From the NCBI GenBank assembly GCA_017463665.1, contig JAFTOT010000095.1:1-44749 (forward strand): a stretch of DNA of 44,749 nucleotides, given 5' to 3'. The notes under the pieces are model-generated. The model did no database searches. It worked only from the letters and a program-made list of their open reading frames with translations, and was not told the origin of the DNA. Shown here piece by piece: positions 21,026 through 30,313 of the stretch. This DNA is from Clostridia bacterium. Lineage in GTDB: Bacteria; Bacillota; Clostridia; Oscillospirales; CAG-272. The stretch's first letter is position 1, and each line of letters starts with the position of its first letter. Made by a program: the position numbers and the translations under genes.

Positions 21026-21792
21026 CAAACGAAGAAATTTGGAAAATTGCACTGCAGCAATCGGCATACGATTGTAATTGTGCGCCCGAGGATTTTTTCT
21101 CGGGAAAGAATATTGTAACAACTTCTAAGAAACATCCGAGGGCGCGCAAATATCTGCCGCTGCCGTTTGAGTGCGACATGGTGTCCTACGGCAGTAACAT
21201 CGTCGCGCAGACGAGCGTGCGCCTTGCCGAGGTCGCGCGCGAGTACATCGACAAATATGACACGGCATACGCTTTTGAGACACCGCATATCAACGCGCTG
21301 AATGATGCGCTTTTGCCGCATGGCTTAAAAGTCTGCTTTATGGCGGAGTATTTTTTGCCCGATGTCACCGCGGTCAAGGCTTTACCTTGTAAGTATGAGA
21401 CGCGCGTGCTGCACCAAGCGGATTTTGCCGATCTCTATACCGAGCAGTGGAGCAACGCGCTGTGCGAGCAGCGCAGGGAGCTGGACGTGCTCGGCGTCGG
21501 CGCATACGACGGTGGAAAACTGATCGGGCTTGCGGGCTGTTCGGCGGACTGCGAGGAAATGTATCAGATCGGCGTGGATGTCCTGCCCGAATATCGCAGA
21601 CAGGGCATTGCCTCCGCGCTCACCAGCCGCCTTGCGCTCGAGATCTTCGCGCTCGGCAAAGTGCCGTTTTACTGCGCCGCGTGGTGCAATATCAAGTCCG
21701 TCCGCAACGCCATCAAATGCGGCTTCCGCCCCGCCTGGGCAGAGCTCACCGCAAGGGATATCGTGTTTGTCGATGGGTTGAATACACGATAA
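21022..21792 (+). CDS. GNAT family N-acetyltransferase
   Basis: QIGVDVLPEYRRQGIASAL, N..S.RNA.K.GF. Confidence 0.9.
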   Translation: MTNEEIWKIALQQSAYDCNCAPEDFFSGKNIVTTSKKHPRARKYLPLPFECDMVSYGSNIVAQTSVRLAEVAREYIDKYDTAYAFETPHINALNDALLPHGLKVCFMAEYFLPDVTAVKALPCKYETRVLHQADFADLYTEQWSNALCEQRRELDVLGVGAYDGGKLIGLAGCSADCEEMYQIGVDVLPEYRRQGIASALTSRLALEIFALGKVPFYCAAWCNIKSVRNAIKCGFRPAWAELTARDIVFVDGLNTR

Positions 21793-21825
21793 AAACAAAG
21801 CCGTGGAGTTCCACGGCTTGTTTTT
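21791..21825. terminator. Bidirectional terminator between convergent genes
   Basis: AAAAACAAAGCCGTGG-AGTT-CCACGGCTTGTTTTT. Confidence 0.8.
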
Positions 21826-22009
21826 ATCCCTGCGACGACAGGGTGTTGACCAGCGACTGCATTTCGCTTTTGGAGGATGCGCCGTGCGCTTTTTGCAGGA
21901 TCGCGGCTTGTTCGGCTTCGGAGAGGGCGGAGAATTTTTCCATCGCCTGTGGGTTTTGCGCCAGCGCAAAGCTGAATCCCAGCGGCATTTCGTTATGATC
22001 CATTTTCAT
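21824..22009 (-). CDS. Small hypothetical protein (61 aa)
   Basis: RBS GAGGT upstream; MPLGFSFALAQNPQAMEKF...SKSEMQSLV looks like a real helical protein; ends at the shared terminator. Confidence 0.7.
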   Translation of the reverse strand: MKMDHNEMPLGFSFALAQNPQAMEKFSALSEAEQAAILQKAHGASSKSEMQSLVNTLSSQG

Positions 22010-22203
22010 TACCTCGGTTTATAGAGTGGCAAGAATAGAGTGCCCTGTATGATGCAGTTTATACGAAGTAAATATTCATTTTTCTTCCCATTTTGCATTT
22101 CTGTCCTGTTTATTGGACACTTTATGTGGTAGAATGATAATGGAATGCCGGAGTGCCAAGTATACATCTTTATGATACAATACAATCAAACGGAGGTGCG
22201 GTT

Positions 22204-24363
22204 ATGCTTGCATACGATCTTTTAGAGGGGCTGAATGATGCGCAGCGGGAGGCGGTTACTTTTACAGAGGGATTCGTCCGCGTGATCGCGGGGGCGGGCT
22301 CGGGCAAGACGCGGGCGCTTTCGCACCGCTTTGCCTATCTCGTAAACGAACTCGGCATCCTGCCCGGAAACATTCTCTGCGTTACCTTTACGAACAAATC
22401 GGCAAATGAGATGCGGCAGCGCATCCACAACCTCACGGGCGACAACGACACAGGGTACATCAATACTTTTCACGGCTTTTGCGTCTCGATCCTGCAGGAG
22501 GACAGCCATGCCGTGCAGTATCCCAAGAGTTTCCTTGTGCTCGACAACTCGGATATTGACGCGATGCTCAAGATCATCTATGAGGAGCGCGGACTCACAC
22601 TGCGCGACATGACCTTCTCGAACGCCCGCGATATGATCGAGATCCGCAAGTGCATCAAGGAGCCGGAGTATTACCTCGACATGATCACCATGTCGCTCGA
22701 CACACTGCGCGAGAAGTACGACAGGGCGACCAATCCGAGCGACATCATTTTTTACGGCTATCTCTATCAAGAGAAAAAGTGCTTTGCCCTCGACTACAAC
22801 GACCTCATCAAGTTTTCGCTGTATATCTTTGAGCAGTACGAAGACATCAAACTGAAATGGCAGCAGCGGCTGGAATACATTATGATCGACGAGTTTCAGG
22901 ACATCGACCCGCTGCAATATCAACTCATGGAAGTGCTGTGCGGCTATCACAAGAATCTGTTCATCGTCGGCGATCCCGACCAGACCATCTACACCTGGCG
23001 CGGTGCAAATGTGGGGTATCTGCTGGGATTTGACACGGTGTTTCCCGACGTCAAAACCATTATGATGATGCAGAATTACCGCTCCACGCCGCAGATCCTT
23101 GCGGTGGCGAACTCACTGATCGAAAAGAACAAAACGCGCATGGCAAAATCGCTGCTCCCCACGTTGCAGGGTGGCGAGACCGTGGTCTGCCATCACGGCG
23201 ACACCGCCGAGGGCGAGGCGCTGTGGATCGCGGAGCGGATCAAAACGCTCGCAGAGCAGGGCGTACCCTACCGCGACATGACGGTGCTCTACCGCGCGCA
23301 TTACATCACGCGCAATGTGGAAGAAGCATTTCTTAAAGAGAAGATCCCGTACACGATCTACAGCGGCGTGCAGTTTTTTGACCGCATGGAGATCAAGGAC
23401 GCGCTGTCCTACCTGCGCATGATCGCCTACAAGGACGATCTGTCGTTTGCAAGGATCGCTAACGTGCCAAAACGCAATCTCGGTCAGCGGCGCATGCAGT
23501 TTTTGCGGGAGCGAGCCGAGGCGAGCGGCAATACGCTGTATGAGACACTTGCGGCAAATCTGGATAACGAGATCTTCAAGGGCACTAAGGCGGAAAAATT
23601 CGTGTCGCTGATCGAGCGGTTTTCCGCCATGTACGCGGGGCATCCGATCTCCGAGGTGCTGTCTGCGATCCTCAACGAGAGCGGTTACGAAAAAATGCTG
23701 CGTACCGAGGGCGCGCAGGACAGGCTCGACAACCTCGCTGAGCTCAAACAGTCGGTGCATGAATACGAGATCTCCTGCGGCGAGGAGAGCATGCTCGAGC
23801 ATTATCTCGCGCATGTCGCGCTGTTCACGAACAGTGACGCCGAGGACACGGGCGACAAGGTCAAGCTGATGACCGTGCACACCGCGAAGGGACTCGAGTT
23901 CCCGTATGTGTTCCTCTGCGCGATGAACGAGGGCATCTTCCCGTCGAAGAAAGTGCAGACGATGCAGGGCATGGAGGAGGAGCGCAGGCTCGCGTTCGTT
24001 GCCGTGACGCGCGCGAAAAAGATGCTGTATCTCTCCGAAGCCGAGGGCAGGAATTTTGACGGTTCGCCTCGCTATCCGTCCCGCTTTATTTTAGATATTG
24101 ACCAATCGCTGCTTGCCTATACGCACAAGCCGAAGGACACGCTGATCGCCGAGGCGCGGCATCATATCACCTACAGCGACCGCTGGCTCACCGATGAAAA
24201 GGAGCAGACGCTGTTCGCCGTCGGTCAGCGCGTGCGCCACAGCATTTTCGGCGACGGCACGGTCGTAGATGTGGATACAAACAAGTCTGCATATGTCGTG
24301 CAGTTTGATTCCATGTCCACCCCGCGCGCAATTGCGTTTAAAGCAAAATTGGAGAAGGGATGA
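22204..24363 (+). CDS. pcrA: UvrD/PcrA superfamily-1 DNA helicase
   Basis: AGAGSGKT, TFTNK.A.EM, IDEFQD, VGDPDQTIY.WRGA, NYRST, TVH.AKGLEF, EERRLAFVAVTRA; C-terminal Tudor-like VGQRVRH..FG.G. Confidence 0.92.
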   Translation: MLAYDLLEGLNDAQREAVTFTEGFVRVIAGAGSGKTRALSHRFAYLVNELGILPGNILCVTFTNKSANEMRQRIHNLTGDNDTGYINTFHGFCVSILQEDSHAVQYPKSFLVLDNSDIDAMLKIIYEERGLTLRDMTFSNARDMIEIRKCIKEPEYYLDMITMSLDTLREKYDRATNPSDIIFYGYLYQEKKCFALDYNDLIKFSLYIFEQYEDIKLKWQQRLEYIMIDEFQDIDPLQYQLMEVLCGYHKNLFIVGDPDQTIYTWRGANVGYLLGFDTVFPDVKTIMMMQNYRSTPQILAVANSLIEKNKTRMAKSLLPTLQGGETVVCHHGDTAEGEALWIAERIKTLAEQGVPYRDMTVLYRAHYITRNVEEAFLKEKIPYTIYSGVQFFDRMEIKDALSYLRMIAYKDDLSFARIANVPKRNLGQRRMQFLRERAEASGNTLYETLAANLDNEIFKGTKAEKFVSLIERFSAMYAGHPISEVLSAILNESGYEKMLRTEGAQDRLDNLAELKQSVHEYEISCGEESMLEHYLAHVALFTNSDAEDTGDKVKLMTVHTAKGLEFPYVFLCAMNEGIFPSKKVQTMQGMEEERRLAFVAVTRAKKMLYLSEAEGRNFDGSPRYPSRFILDIDQSLLAYTHKPKDTLIAEARHHITYSDRWLTDEKEQTLFAVGQRVRHSIFGDGTVVDVDTNKSAYVVQFDSMSTPRAIAFKAKLEKG

Positions 24364-24408
24364 GGAACATGGTTGTTTCGCGAAGTGCGTAGAGGCGCAT
24401 GACCCAAT

Positions 24409-24481
24409 GTAGGGGAGGATATCATCCTCCCGTTTTGCGAGCAGCGATGTACGGCAGACGGGCGGGGCTATCTTCCCCTAC
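24409..24481. repeat. GTAG-type REP-like doublet between convergent genes
   Basis: GTAGGGGAGGAT-ATC-ATCCTCCC ... CGGGCGGGG...CCCCTAC; same layout as 31-104. Confidence 0.7.
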
Positions 24482-24528
24482 AATATTTGTGCGTCTTCGT
24501 TACACCGCCAAAACATTCATTTCTCTTG

Positions 24529-25176
24529 TTAATGAACCGAGCCATTCCGCACGCGGGTGGATTGCTTTTCATATGCTTTTAATTCCTCTGCGATATTCTC
24601 CGCTTTATGCGCGTCGATGGGGCAGTATTTGCGTTTCTTGCCAATCTTCAGCAGTTTTCCGACATGCGAATAGCCGAAGACACGCGGCGGCAGGTGCGTG
24701 ACGAGGTCATCGATGTTGCGGATGACCGTGAAGTTTTCGAAACGGCGTTTCAGATTGGGGGACGGTATGCCCCAAAACACGCGCGGGCAGCCGAAGCCGT
24801 ACCCCTCGACCGTCTCTCGCAGATCGGGGCGGTTGTACCACACGTATTCATGGCAGAGCACTGCGACCGCCGCGCCGTGCGAATAGCCGGTGATCACGAT
24901 CTTGCGGATGCTCGCATCCGCGATATGCGGCGCAAGCGTCGGTTCGATCTCTTTCCATACCGCCAGAAATCCGCGGTGCGCAAACCATGCCGTCTTATCC
25001 ATGCGCTTGTACGCTTTGGCGGGGAAGTCGAGATTGCTTTTCCAATCCGCCGCGCCGTCCGACTTTTCAAAAAATATGTACAGCACATCGCCACCCCGCC
25101 GCACCGCATAGTTGGCACAGCATCCCGCCACAGCATACGGTATGTGTACGCACTCCGAAAACAATTCGTAAAGCAC
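24529..25176 (-). CDS. Lipase class 3 (alpha/beta hydrolase)
   Basis: W..NLDF, HRGF, nucleophile ITGYSHGAAVA, FGCPRV, DLVTHLP; GTG start with GGAGGT RBS. Confidence 0.85.
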   Translation of the reverse strand: MLYELFSECVHIPYAVAGCCANYAVRRGGDVLYIFFEKSDGAADWKSNLDFPAKAYKRMDKTAWFAHRGFLAVWKEIEPTLAPHIADASIRKIVITGYSHGAAVAVLCHEYVWYNRPDLRETVEGYGFGCPRVFWGIPSPNLKRRFENFTVIRNIDDLVTHLPPRVFGYSHVGKLLKIGKKRKYCPIDAHKAENIAEELKAYEKQSTRVRNGSVH

Positions 25177-25250
25177 TCTGCCACCTCCGTTTTTAAACAG
25201 TATATGCGGAGTGTTGGGAAATGTTAGGGAAAAATGAAATGAAAGTTCAG

Positions 25251-25440
25251 GGGACTAACTTCCCCGCCCGAGATCCGACGGCTTTGCCGTCGCCCTCCGG
25301 GTTTCGATTCCGCTACGCTACGCTCAAGATGACAAGGGCGGGTTTAAACGGATGCTTATAGAAGCTTTTATTATCACTATGCGTAATCCCCCGCTTGTCA
25401 TCCTTGAGCGACAGCGTTTCGATCTTGCGGGGAGATGTTT
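25251..25440. repeat. CGTC-type palindromic MITE-like element, copy B (inverted relative to A)
   Basis: Reverse complement shares AAACATCTCCCCGC, GGATGACAAGCGGGGGAT, TTAAACCCGCCC and GGATCTCGGGCGG with 14656-14867. Confidence 0.75.
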
Positions 25441-25564
25441 ATTCCCCTAAACATTCATAAACTTCTATACCGTCGTACACCCGCGAGGATTTTTGAAAAA
25501 TTCTCGCGGTTTTTCTGCGAAAAAACAATTTAAGCCGCGTTTTGTAAACATCGACCGCTTGTTA

Positions 25565-25593
25565 TTGACAATCAAGTGACCGCGTGATATACT
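25565..25593 (+). promoter_or_regulatory. sigma-A promoter
   Basis: TTGACA-17 bp-TATACT with extended -10 TG. Confidence 0.75.
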
Positions 25594-25629
25594 GTAGGTA
25601 GTACAAACGATTGTATGGGAGGTGAGAGA

Positions 25630-26169
25630 ATGGCAACGACGTTTCCGGGAACAACGATTGAGACCCGTGCACTGGAAAAGGGAAGTTCCAAATTGCTGTT
25701 TGACGGAATTTTTGCCACAGGAGGAATCACACTGTCACAGGTATCGATCATGACGGGGCTTGAGCCGTATCTCATCCAGAACTGGATCAAGCGCGGATTT
25801 GTCGCACCGCCGCAAAAAAGGGTGTACGGCAAGGAGCAGTTTGCGCGCATCATTATCATCAATATGCTGCGTGAGGCATTGCAGATCGAGCGGATCTGCA
25901 CGTTGATACAGGTCATGGGCAGCGGCGAGGACCGCATCCGTGACGACGAGCTGTATCACCGCTATGTAGATATGCTCGCGGAAAATGAGATCAACATGAT
26001 GGATGAAAAGTCGGTTTCGGCGGCGGTGGAGAGCGTAGCACTTGTGTCCGAGACGCACGATCCCGGTCTGAAAAAGCAGCTCGAACGCATTTTGCAGGTC
26101 ATGCTGTATGCGCATGCTGCGTCGCAGTTCCGAGACTCGGCAGAGCAGATTCTGGCAACTTTGCAGTAA
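25630..26169 (+). CDS. DUF1836-like putative DNA-binding protein
   Basis: LSQV..MTG.....IQNWIKRG.V.PP.K..Y..EQ. Confidence 0.75.
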   Translation: MATTFPGTTIETRALEKGSSKLLFDGIFATGGITLSQVSIMTGLEPYLIQNWIKRGFVAPPQKRVYGKEQFARIIIINMLREALQIERICTLIQVMGSGEDRIRDDELYHRYVDMLAENEINMMDEKSVSAAVESVALVSETHDPGLKKQLERILQVMLYAHAASQFRDSAEQILATLQ

Positions 26170-26190
26170 TTTTAGAAAGGAAATAACCGT

Positions 26191-26844
26191 ATGTTTATCA
26201 TTGAATGGTGGAATTCACTCGCTATGGCAGCGCAGGTATTTTACTGCATAGCAATTCCCGCTACGCTTGTTTTGCTGATCCAGACCGTACTCATGTTTCT
26301 CGGCCTCGGCGATGATGCCGACGGTATCGAGGACGCGGATTTGGACGGTATGCTCGACGACGTGGATGTGCCCGACGCGGGCGAAGGCGTATTCGGCGAG
26401 GATATGGTCTCCGAGGCGGCAGATGCCTTCGGTCTTGACGGGCTGCGCATCTTTACGATCCGCGGACTGGTGGCATTCTTCGTCGTATTCGGCTGGGTCG
26501 GCGCGGCAATGCAGAGCGCGGACGTCAGCCTTTGGATCACGGTACCCGTCGCTGCCGTCTGCGGCTTTGCCATGATGGTTGTGCTTGCTCTATTGCTCCG
26601 TGCGGTGATGAAGCTGCGCAGCGACGGCAACACCGATAACCGCAATGCGGTCGGCACTGCGGGCAAGGTGCATCTTACCGTTCCCCCGCGACGCAGCGGC
26701 GAGGGCAAGGTGCATGTGATGCTGCAGGGCGCGTATGTCGAGCGAGGTGCCGTGACCGACAGCGAAGAAGCCATCCCGACGGGCTGCGAGATCGTCGTGG
26801 TCGGTGTCAGCGGTCAGACAGACCTTGTGGTCAAAAGAAAATAA
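26191..26844 (+). CDS. NfeD-like membrane protein (flotillin partner)
   Basis: TM, acidic loop, two TMs, C-terminal OB-like G..GKV.LT.P...G.GKV; directly upstream of flotillin. Confidence 0.82.
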   Translation: MFIIEWWNSLAMAAQVFYCIAIPATLVLLIQTVLMFLGLGDDADGIEDADLDGMLDDVDVPDAGEGVFGEDMVSEAADAFGLDGLRIFTIRGLVAFFVVFGWVGAAMQSADVSLWITVPVAAVCGFAMMVVLALLLRAVMKLRSDGNTDNRNAVGTAGKVHLTVPPRRSGEGKVHVMLQGAYVERGAVTDSEEAIPTGCEIVVVGVSGQTDLVVKRK

Positions 26845-26868
26845 TTACATATACGGAGGAAAACATTT

Positions 26869-28281
26869 GTGAAGTACGAAGTTGTTATTCTGGTTTGTGC
26901 CATCGTTTTGGTACTTGTGTCGTTCATTGCTTGGATCTGCTCCAGATACAAGAAATGCCCGTCCGATAAGATCATGGTCGTTTACGGTTCGATCGGTAAA
27001 AACAAAGACGGCACCAACCGCAGTGCAAAATGTATCCATGGCGGCGCCGAATTTGTTATTCCCGTATTCCAGTCGTATGCGTATCTCGACCTGACGCCCA
27101 TCTCCATTCAGGTCGATCTGAAAAACGCACTTTCGAGACAGAACATCCGTATCGATGTTCCGTCCCGCTTTACGGTTGGTATCTCTACCGAACCCGGTGT
27201 TATGCAGAATGCGGCTGAGCGCTTGCTCGGTCTGCAGCTTTCCGAGATCCAGGAGCTCTCGAAGGATATCATCTTCGGTCAGCTCCGTCTGATCATTGCA
27301 ACGATGGATATTGAGGAGATCAACACCGACCGTGACAAGTTCTTGGCGGCAGTGAGCAGCAACGTGGAAACCGAGCTCAAGAAGATCGGTCTGCGCCTGA
27401 TCAACGTAAACGTAACCGATATCAGCGACGAGTCGGGCTACATCGCAGCGCTGGGTAAAGAAGCGGCTGCAAAGGCGATCAACGACGCGAAGAAGAGCGT
27501 TGCAGAGCAGGACAGAGACGGTTCGATCGGTGAAGCAAATGCGAGAATGGATCAGCGTATCAAGGTGTCCGAGGCAGACTCCATCGCGATCCAGGGTGAA
27601 AACGAAGCGAAAATGAAGATCGCGATGTCCGAGGCGGCTCTGAAGGAAAAAGAGGCTGAGGCGATGAAGATCGCGACCACGGCAGAGAAGATCCAGGCTG
27701 CAAAGGCGCTGGAGGAATCCTATGCCGCAGAGCAGGCAGCCGAAGAAGCAAGACGTGCAAAAGAGCAGGCAACGCTCGAGGCGGATATCATCGTTCGCGC
27801 TGAGGCGAAGAAGCGTGAGCTGGAGCTTGCGGCAGAGGCTGAGGCAGAGCAGATCCGCAGAAGAGCAAAGGGTGAAGCGGATGCTATCTATGCAAAGATG
27901 GAAGCAGAAGCACGCGGCGTTGAGGAGATCCTCAAGAAACAGGCAGCCGGTTTTGCAGAGATCGTTAAGTCTGCAAACGGTGACGCGGATGCAGCTCTCA
28001 AACTGCTGATCGCAGATAAGCTCGAAGAGCTGATGCGCGTACAGGTTGACGCGATCAAGAATATCAAGATTGACAAGGTCACCGTTTGGGACGGCGGTCA
28101 AAGCGGCGACGGCAAGACTTCTACCGCGAACTTTATCTCCGGCATGATGAAGTCTGTGCCTCCGCTCGAAGAGGTCTTTTCTATGGCGGGCATGCAGCTC
28201 CCCTCGCTCCTCGGTCAGAAGATCGCGGAACCCGCTCCCGCAGCAGAAGAAACTCCCGCAGAGGCAGAAGTAACCGAGTAA
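26869..28281 (+). CDS. Flotillin / SPFH (band 7) family protein
   Basis: N-terminal TM; SPFH domain (GG..V.P..Q, GQLR.I.A.M..EEIN.DR..F); AE-rich coiled coil; GTG start with GGAGG. Confidence 0.92.
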   Translation: MKYEVVILVCAIVLVLVSFIAWICSRYKKCPSDKIMVVYGSIGKNKDGTNRSAKCIHGGAEFVIPVFQSYAYLDLTPISIQVDLKNALSRQNIRIDVPSRFTVGISTEPGVMQNAAERLLGLQLSEIQELSKDIIFGQLRLIIATMDIEEINTDRDKFLAAVSSNVETELKKIGLRLINVNVTDISDESGYIAALGKEAAAKAINDAKKSVAEQDRDGSIGEANARMDQRIKVSEADSIAIQGENEAKMKIAMSEAALKEKEAEAMKIATTAEKIQAAKALEESYAAEQAAEEARRAKEQATLEADIIVRAEAKKRELELAAEAEAEQIRRRAKGEADAIYAKMEAEARGVEEILKKQAAGFAEIVKSANGDADAALKLLIADKLEELMRVQVDAIKNIKIDKVTVWDGGQSGDGKTSTANFISGMMKSVPPLEEVFSMAGMQLPSLLGQKIAEPAPAAEETPAEAEVTE

Positions 28282-28296
28282 AATACAGATGACAGC

Positions 28297-28329
28297 AAAA
28301 GCAGCACACCGTTTGGGTGTGCTGCTTTT
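28297..28329 (+). terminator. Rho-independent terminator after flotillin
   Basis: AAAAGCAGCACACC-GTTTG-GGTGTGCTGCTTTT. Confidence 0.85.
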
Positions 28330-28397
28330 ACATAAACACATTGTTTTTACAATGCGTTTGATGTATAATGATGATATGCAGAATGGTGGTGGATTTC

Positions 28398-29237
28398 GTG
28401 GATATGGTTGTAAAAAAGAGGTTTTTAGAGCTTAAGCTGTGCGGTCAGCGGTGCGATATAAGCGTAGAGGAAAAGCGGAAATACGATCGGCAATGTATAG
28501 AGTATCTGTTGTCGCTTTTGCAAGACGGAAAATTGACGTGTGCGGAGGACATCGGCTTTTGCTATTGGAATCTTTCGGACAACTATGCCTTTTTACGTGA
28601 TGGTGATGCGCTTTTGGAAAATCATATGCGATTCTATCAACATCTAAAGAGCATGCCTACGCAATATCTTTATTGGGCGGTATGCGACGGAACGCAAAAA
28701 TGTATGCTGGAAAACAGTGGGCATGCGGATTTTTGGTGGAGATTATACCGCGAAGCTAATGAGAAAAATCAAGATGTTACCGCCTGCGAAGCGGTTGCTT
28801 TTGCTGCGCATAGAGCAGCATTGCATCCCGATCCGAATAAAAATACGGACGCGAATCTTTTATATGCAAAAGAATCCTTTACAGCTTTTTTAAGAATGAC
28901 TGCCGATTCTATAAATTTTGCATTTTATAACATCATTTATCAAGCCGAATGCTTGCATGCTTTCGGTTCCTGCGAGGATGATCTCGCGGTGCTGTGTCAA
29001 GAATTCTATCCAAAGCTTGCTTTACCGAAAGTGCCGACCGCGTATGTCTGCGGCGAATGGATGGATTTTATCACCGCAAATGAGGAAGTCTGCCGCCAAG
29101 CCCGCGTAGGCATTTGCGCCGCTGTGAATGCTTTGATCTATACGGATCAACAAGAAAAAGCACGGCAGATTTATACCGAGGCGCGAGAGTGCGGATTGCC
29201 GAAGAATACGTACATAGAAAAGAGGCTGAATACTTAA
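28398..29237 (+). CDS. Hypothetical protein (about 280 aa; start uncertain)
   Basis: Long open frame filling the gap; closely followed by the mtnN RBS; no recognisable motif. Confidence 0.7.
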   Translation: MDMVVKKRFLELKLCGQRCDISVEEKRKYDRQCIEYLLSLLQDGKLTCAEDIGFCYWNLSDNYAFLRDGDALLENHMRFYQHLKSMPTQYLYWAVCDGTQKCMLENSGHADFWWRLYREANEKNQDVTACEAVAFAAHRAALHPDPNKNTDANLLYAKESFTAFLRMTADSINFAFYNIIYQAECLHAFGSCEDDLAVLCQEFYPKLALPKVPTAYVCGEWMDFITANEEVCRQARVGICAAVNALIYTDQQEKARQIYTEARECGLPKNTYIEKRLNT

Positions 29238-29251
29238 AGGAGGTATCACAA

Positions 29252-29947
29252 ATGAAGATTGGAATTCTATGCGCAGGGGACAGGGAAGTTGCCCCTTTTA
29301 TTCCGATGATACAGGAATGCAAAATAACAGAGAAAGCTATGCTGAAATTCTACGAGGGGAAAATCGACGGTGTCGATATTGTCACTTTGTTTTCCGGCGT
29401 CTGCAAAGTCAATGCAGCTATAGCTACGCAGATTCTGATTGATACATATAAATGTGATGTGATCATCAATTCCGGTACGGCGGGCGGCATGGTCGGAAGT
29501 CTACATATTCTCGATACTGTTATTTCCGAAGAAGTAGCATATCATGATGTGGATGAAGGTATTTTAACAGAGTTTCATCCTTGGCTGGACAGCATCTACA
29601 TCAAGGCTGACGAGCGACTTGTAGGTATAGCGAAAGAAACTGCAAGCAATCTGCACGCAGAGCATAACATTGCTTTTGGCAGAATGGTTACGGGTGAGAA
29701 GTTTATTGCGGATGAAAAAAGAGATTACATCAACGAAAAGTTTGCGCCGCTGAGCGTGGATATGGAGACCGCTGCCGTCGCGCATGTTTGCTATGTGAAC
29801 AAGATACCGTTTATCGCAGTACGAACCATCACGGATACGCCCGATCACAGTGGCGTAGGGGCTTTTGAAGAGAATTGCCCGAAAGCTGCGCAGATTTATG
29901 CAAATTTTGTACGAACTATGCTGAAAAGTATTGTGGCGGAAATTTGA
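29252..29947 (+). CDS. mtnN: 5'-methylthioadenosine/S-adenosylhomocysteine nucleosidase
   Basis: MKIGI..A...E, SGVCKVNAA, IINSGTAGG, TGEKFI, VDMETAAVAHVC, R.ITD. Confidence 0.9.
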   Translation: MKIGILCAGDREVAPFIPMIQECKITEKAMLKFYEGKIDGVDIVTLFSGVCKVNAAIATQILIDTYKCDVIINSGTAGGMVGSLHILDTVISEEVAYHDVDEGILTEFHPWLDSIYIKADERLVGIAKETASNLHAEHNIAFGRMVTGEKFIADEKRDYINEKFAPLSVDMETAAVAHVCYVNKIPFIAVRTITDTPDHSGVGAFEENCPKAAQIYANFVRTMLKSIVAEI

Positions 29948-29984
29948 TAAAGGTACGAAGTGACTGCAATAAAAGCTTCCCCTG

Positions 29985-30254
29985 CGCGTCATCCTGAGCA
30001 ACGCGACCCCGACCTTAGATCGAAAAAGACTTTTGGTTCTGTCGCGTACCAATCATGCCTACGGCGTGCTTGATGCACTATGCAGGGGGAGCAACGTCGA
30101 ACTTTCGGGCTTGCCCGAAAGCACGAGCGCAGCGAGTGGGATCTCGCGGGAGCAGTAAGCAAAGTGCTTCACCCGAGATCCCCATGCGCCGTGGCGCATG
30201 GGTTTGGCATTTGCAATGCAAATGCCAAACTTCGACTCCGCTCAGGATGACGCG
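29985..30254. repeat. CGTC-type palindromic element, copy C, with 15-bp perfect TIR and nested hairpins
   Basis: CGCGTCATCCTGAGC (29985-29999) / GCTCAGGATGACGCG (30240-30254); internal perfect hairpins. Confidence 0.75.
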
Positions 30255-30313
30255 GGTGAGGTGTGCTTGTGCGTTTTTCAGAACTTTTTTGCTGCAAAGA
30301 GTTGTTTTTCACT

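Noticed and set aside
22030-22065. Sporulation-sigma-like promoter motifs upstream of the minus-strand genes ending at 22009, 25176 and 32257
   Set aside because: The consensus sequences are short and degenerate, so the matches cannot be told from chance by eye.
26845-28341. 498-aa antisense ORF over flotillin, and similar shadows (594-1598, 6837-7994, 12100-13152, 36022-37683)
   Set aside because: These are shadow frames of well-supported genes, with no RBS or protein-like features.
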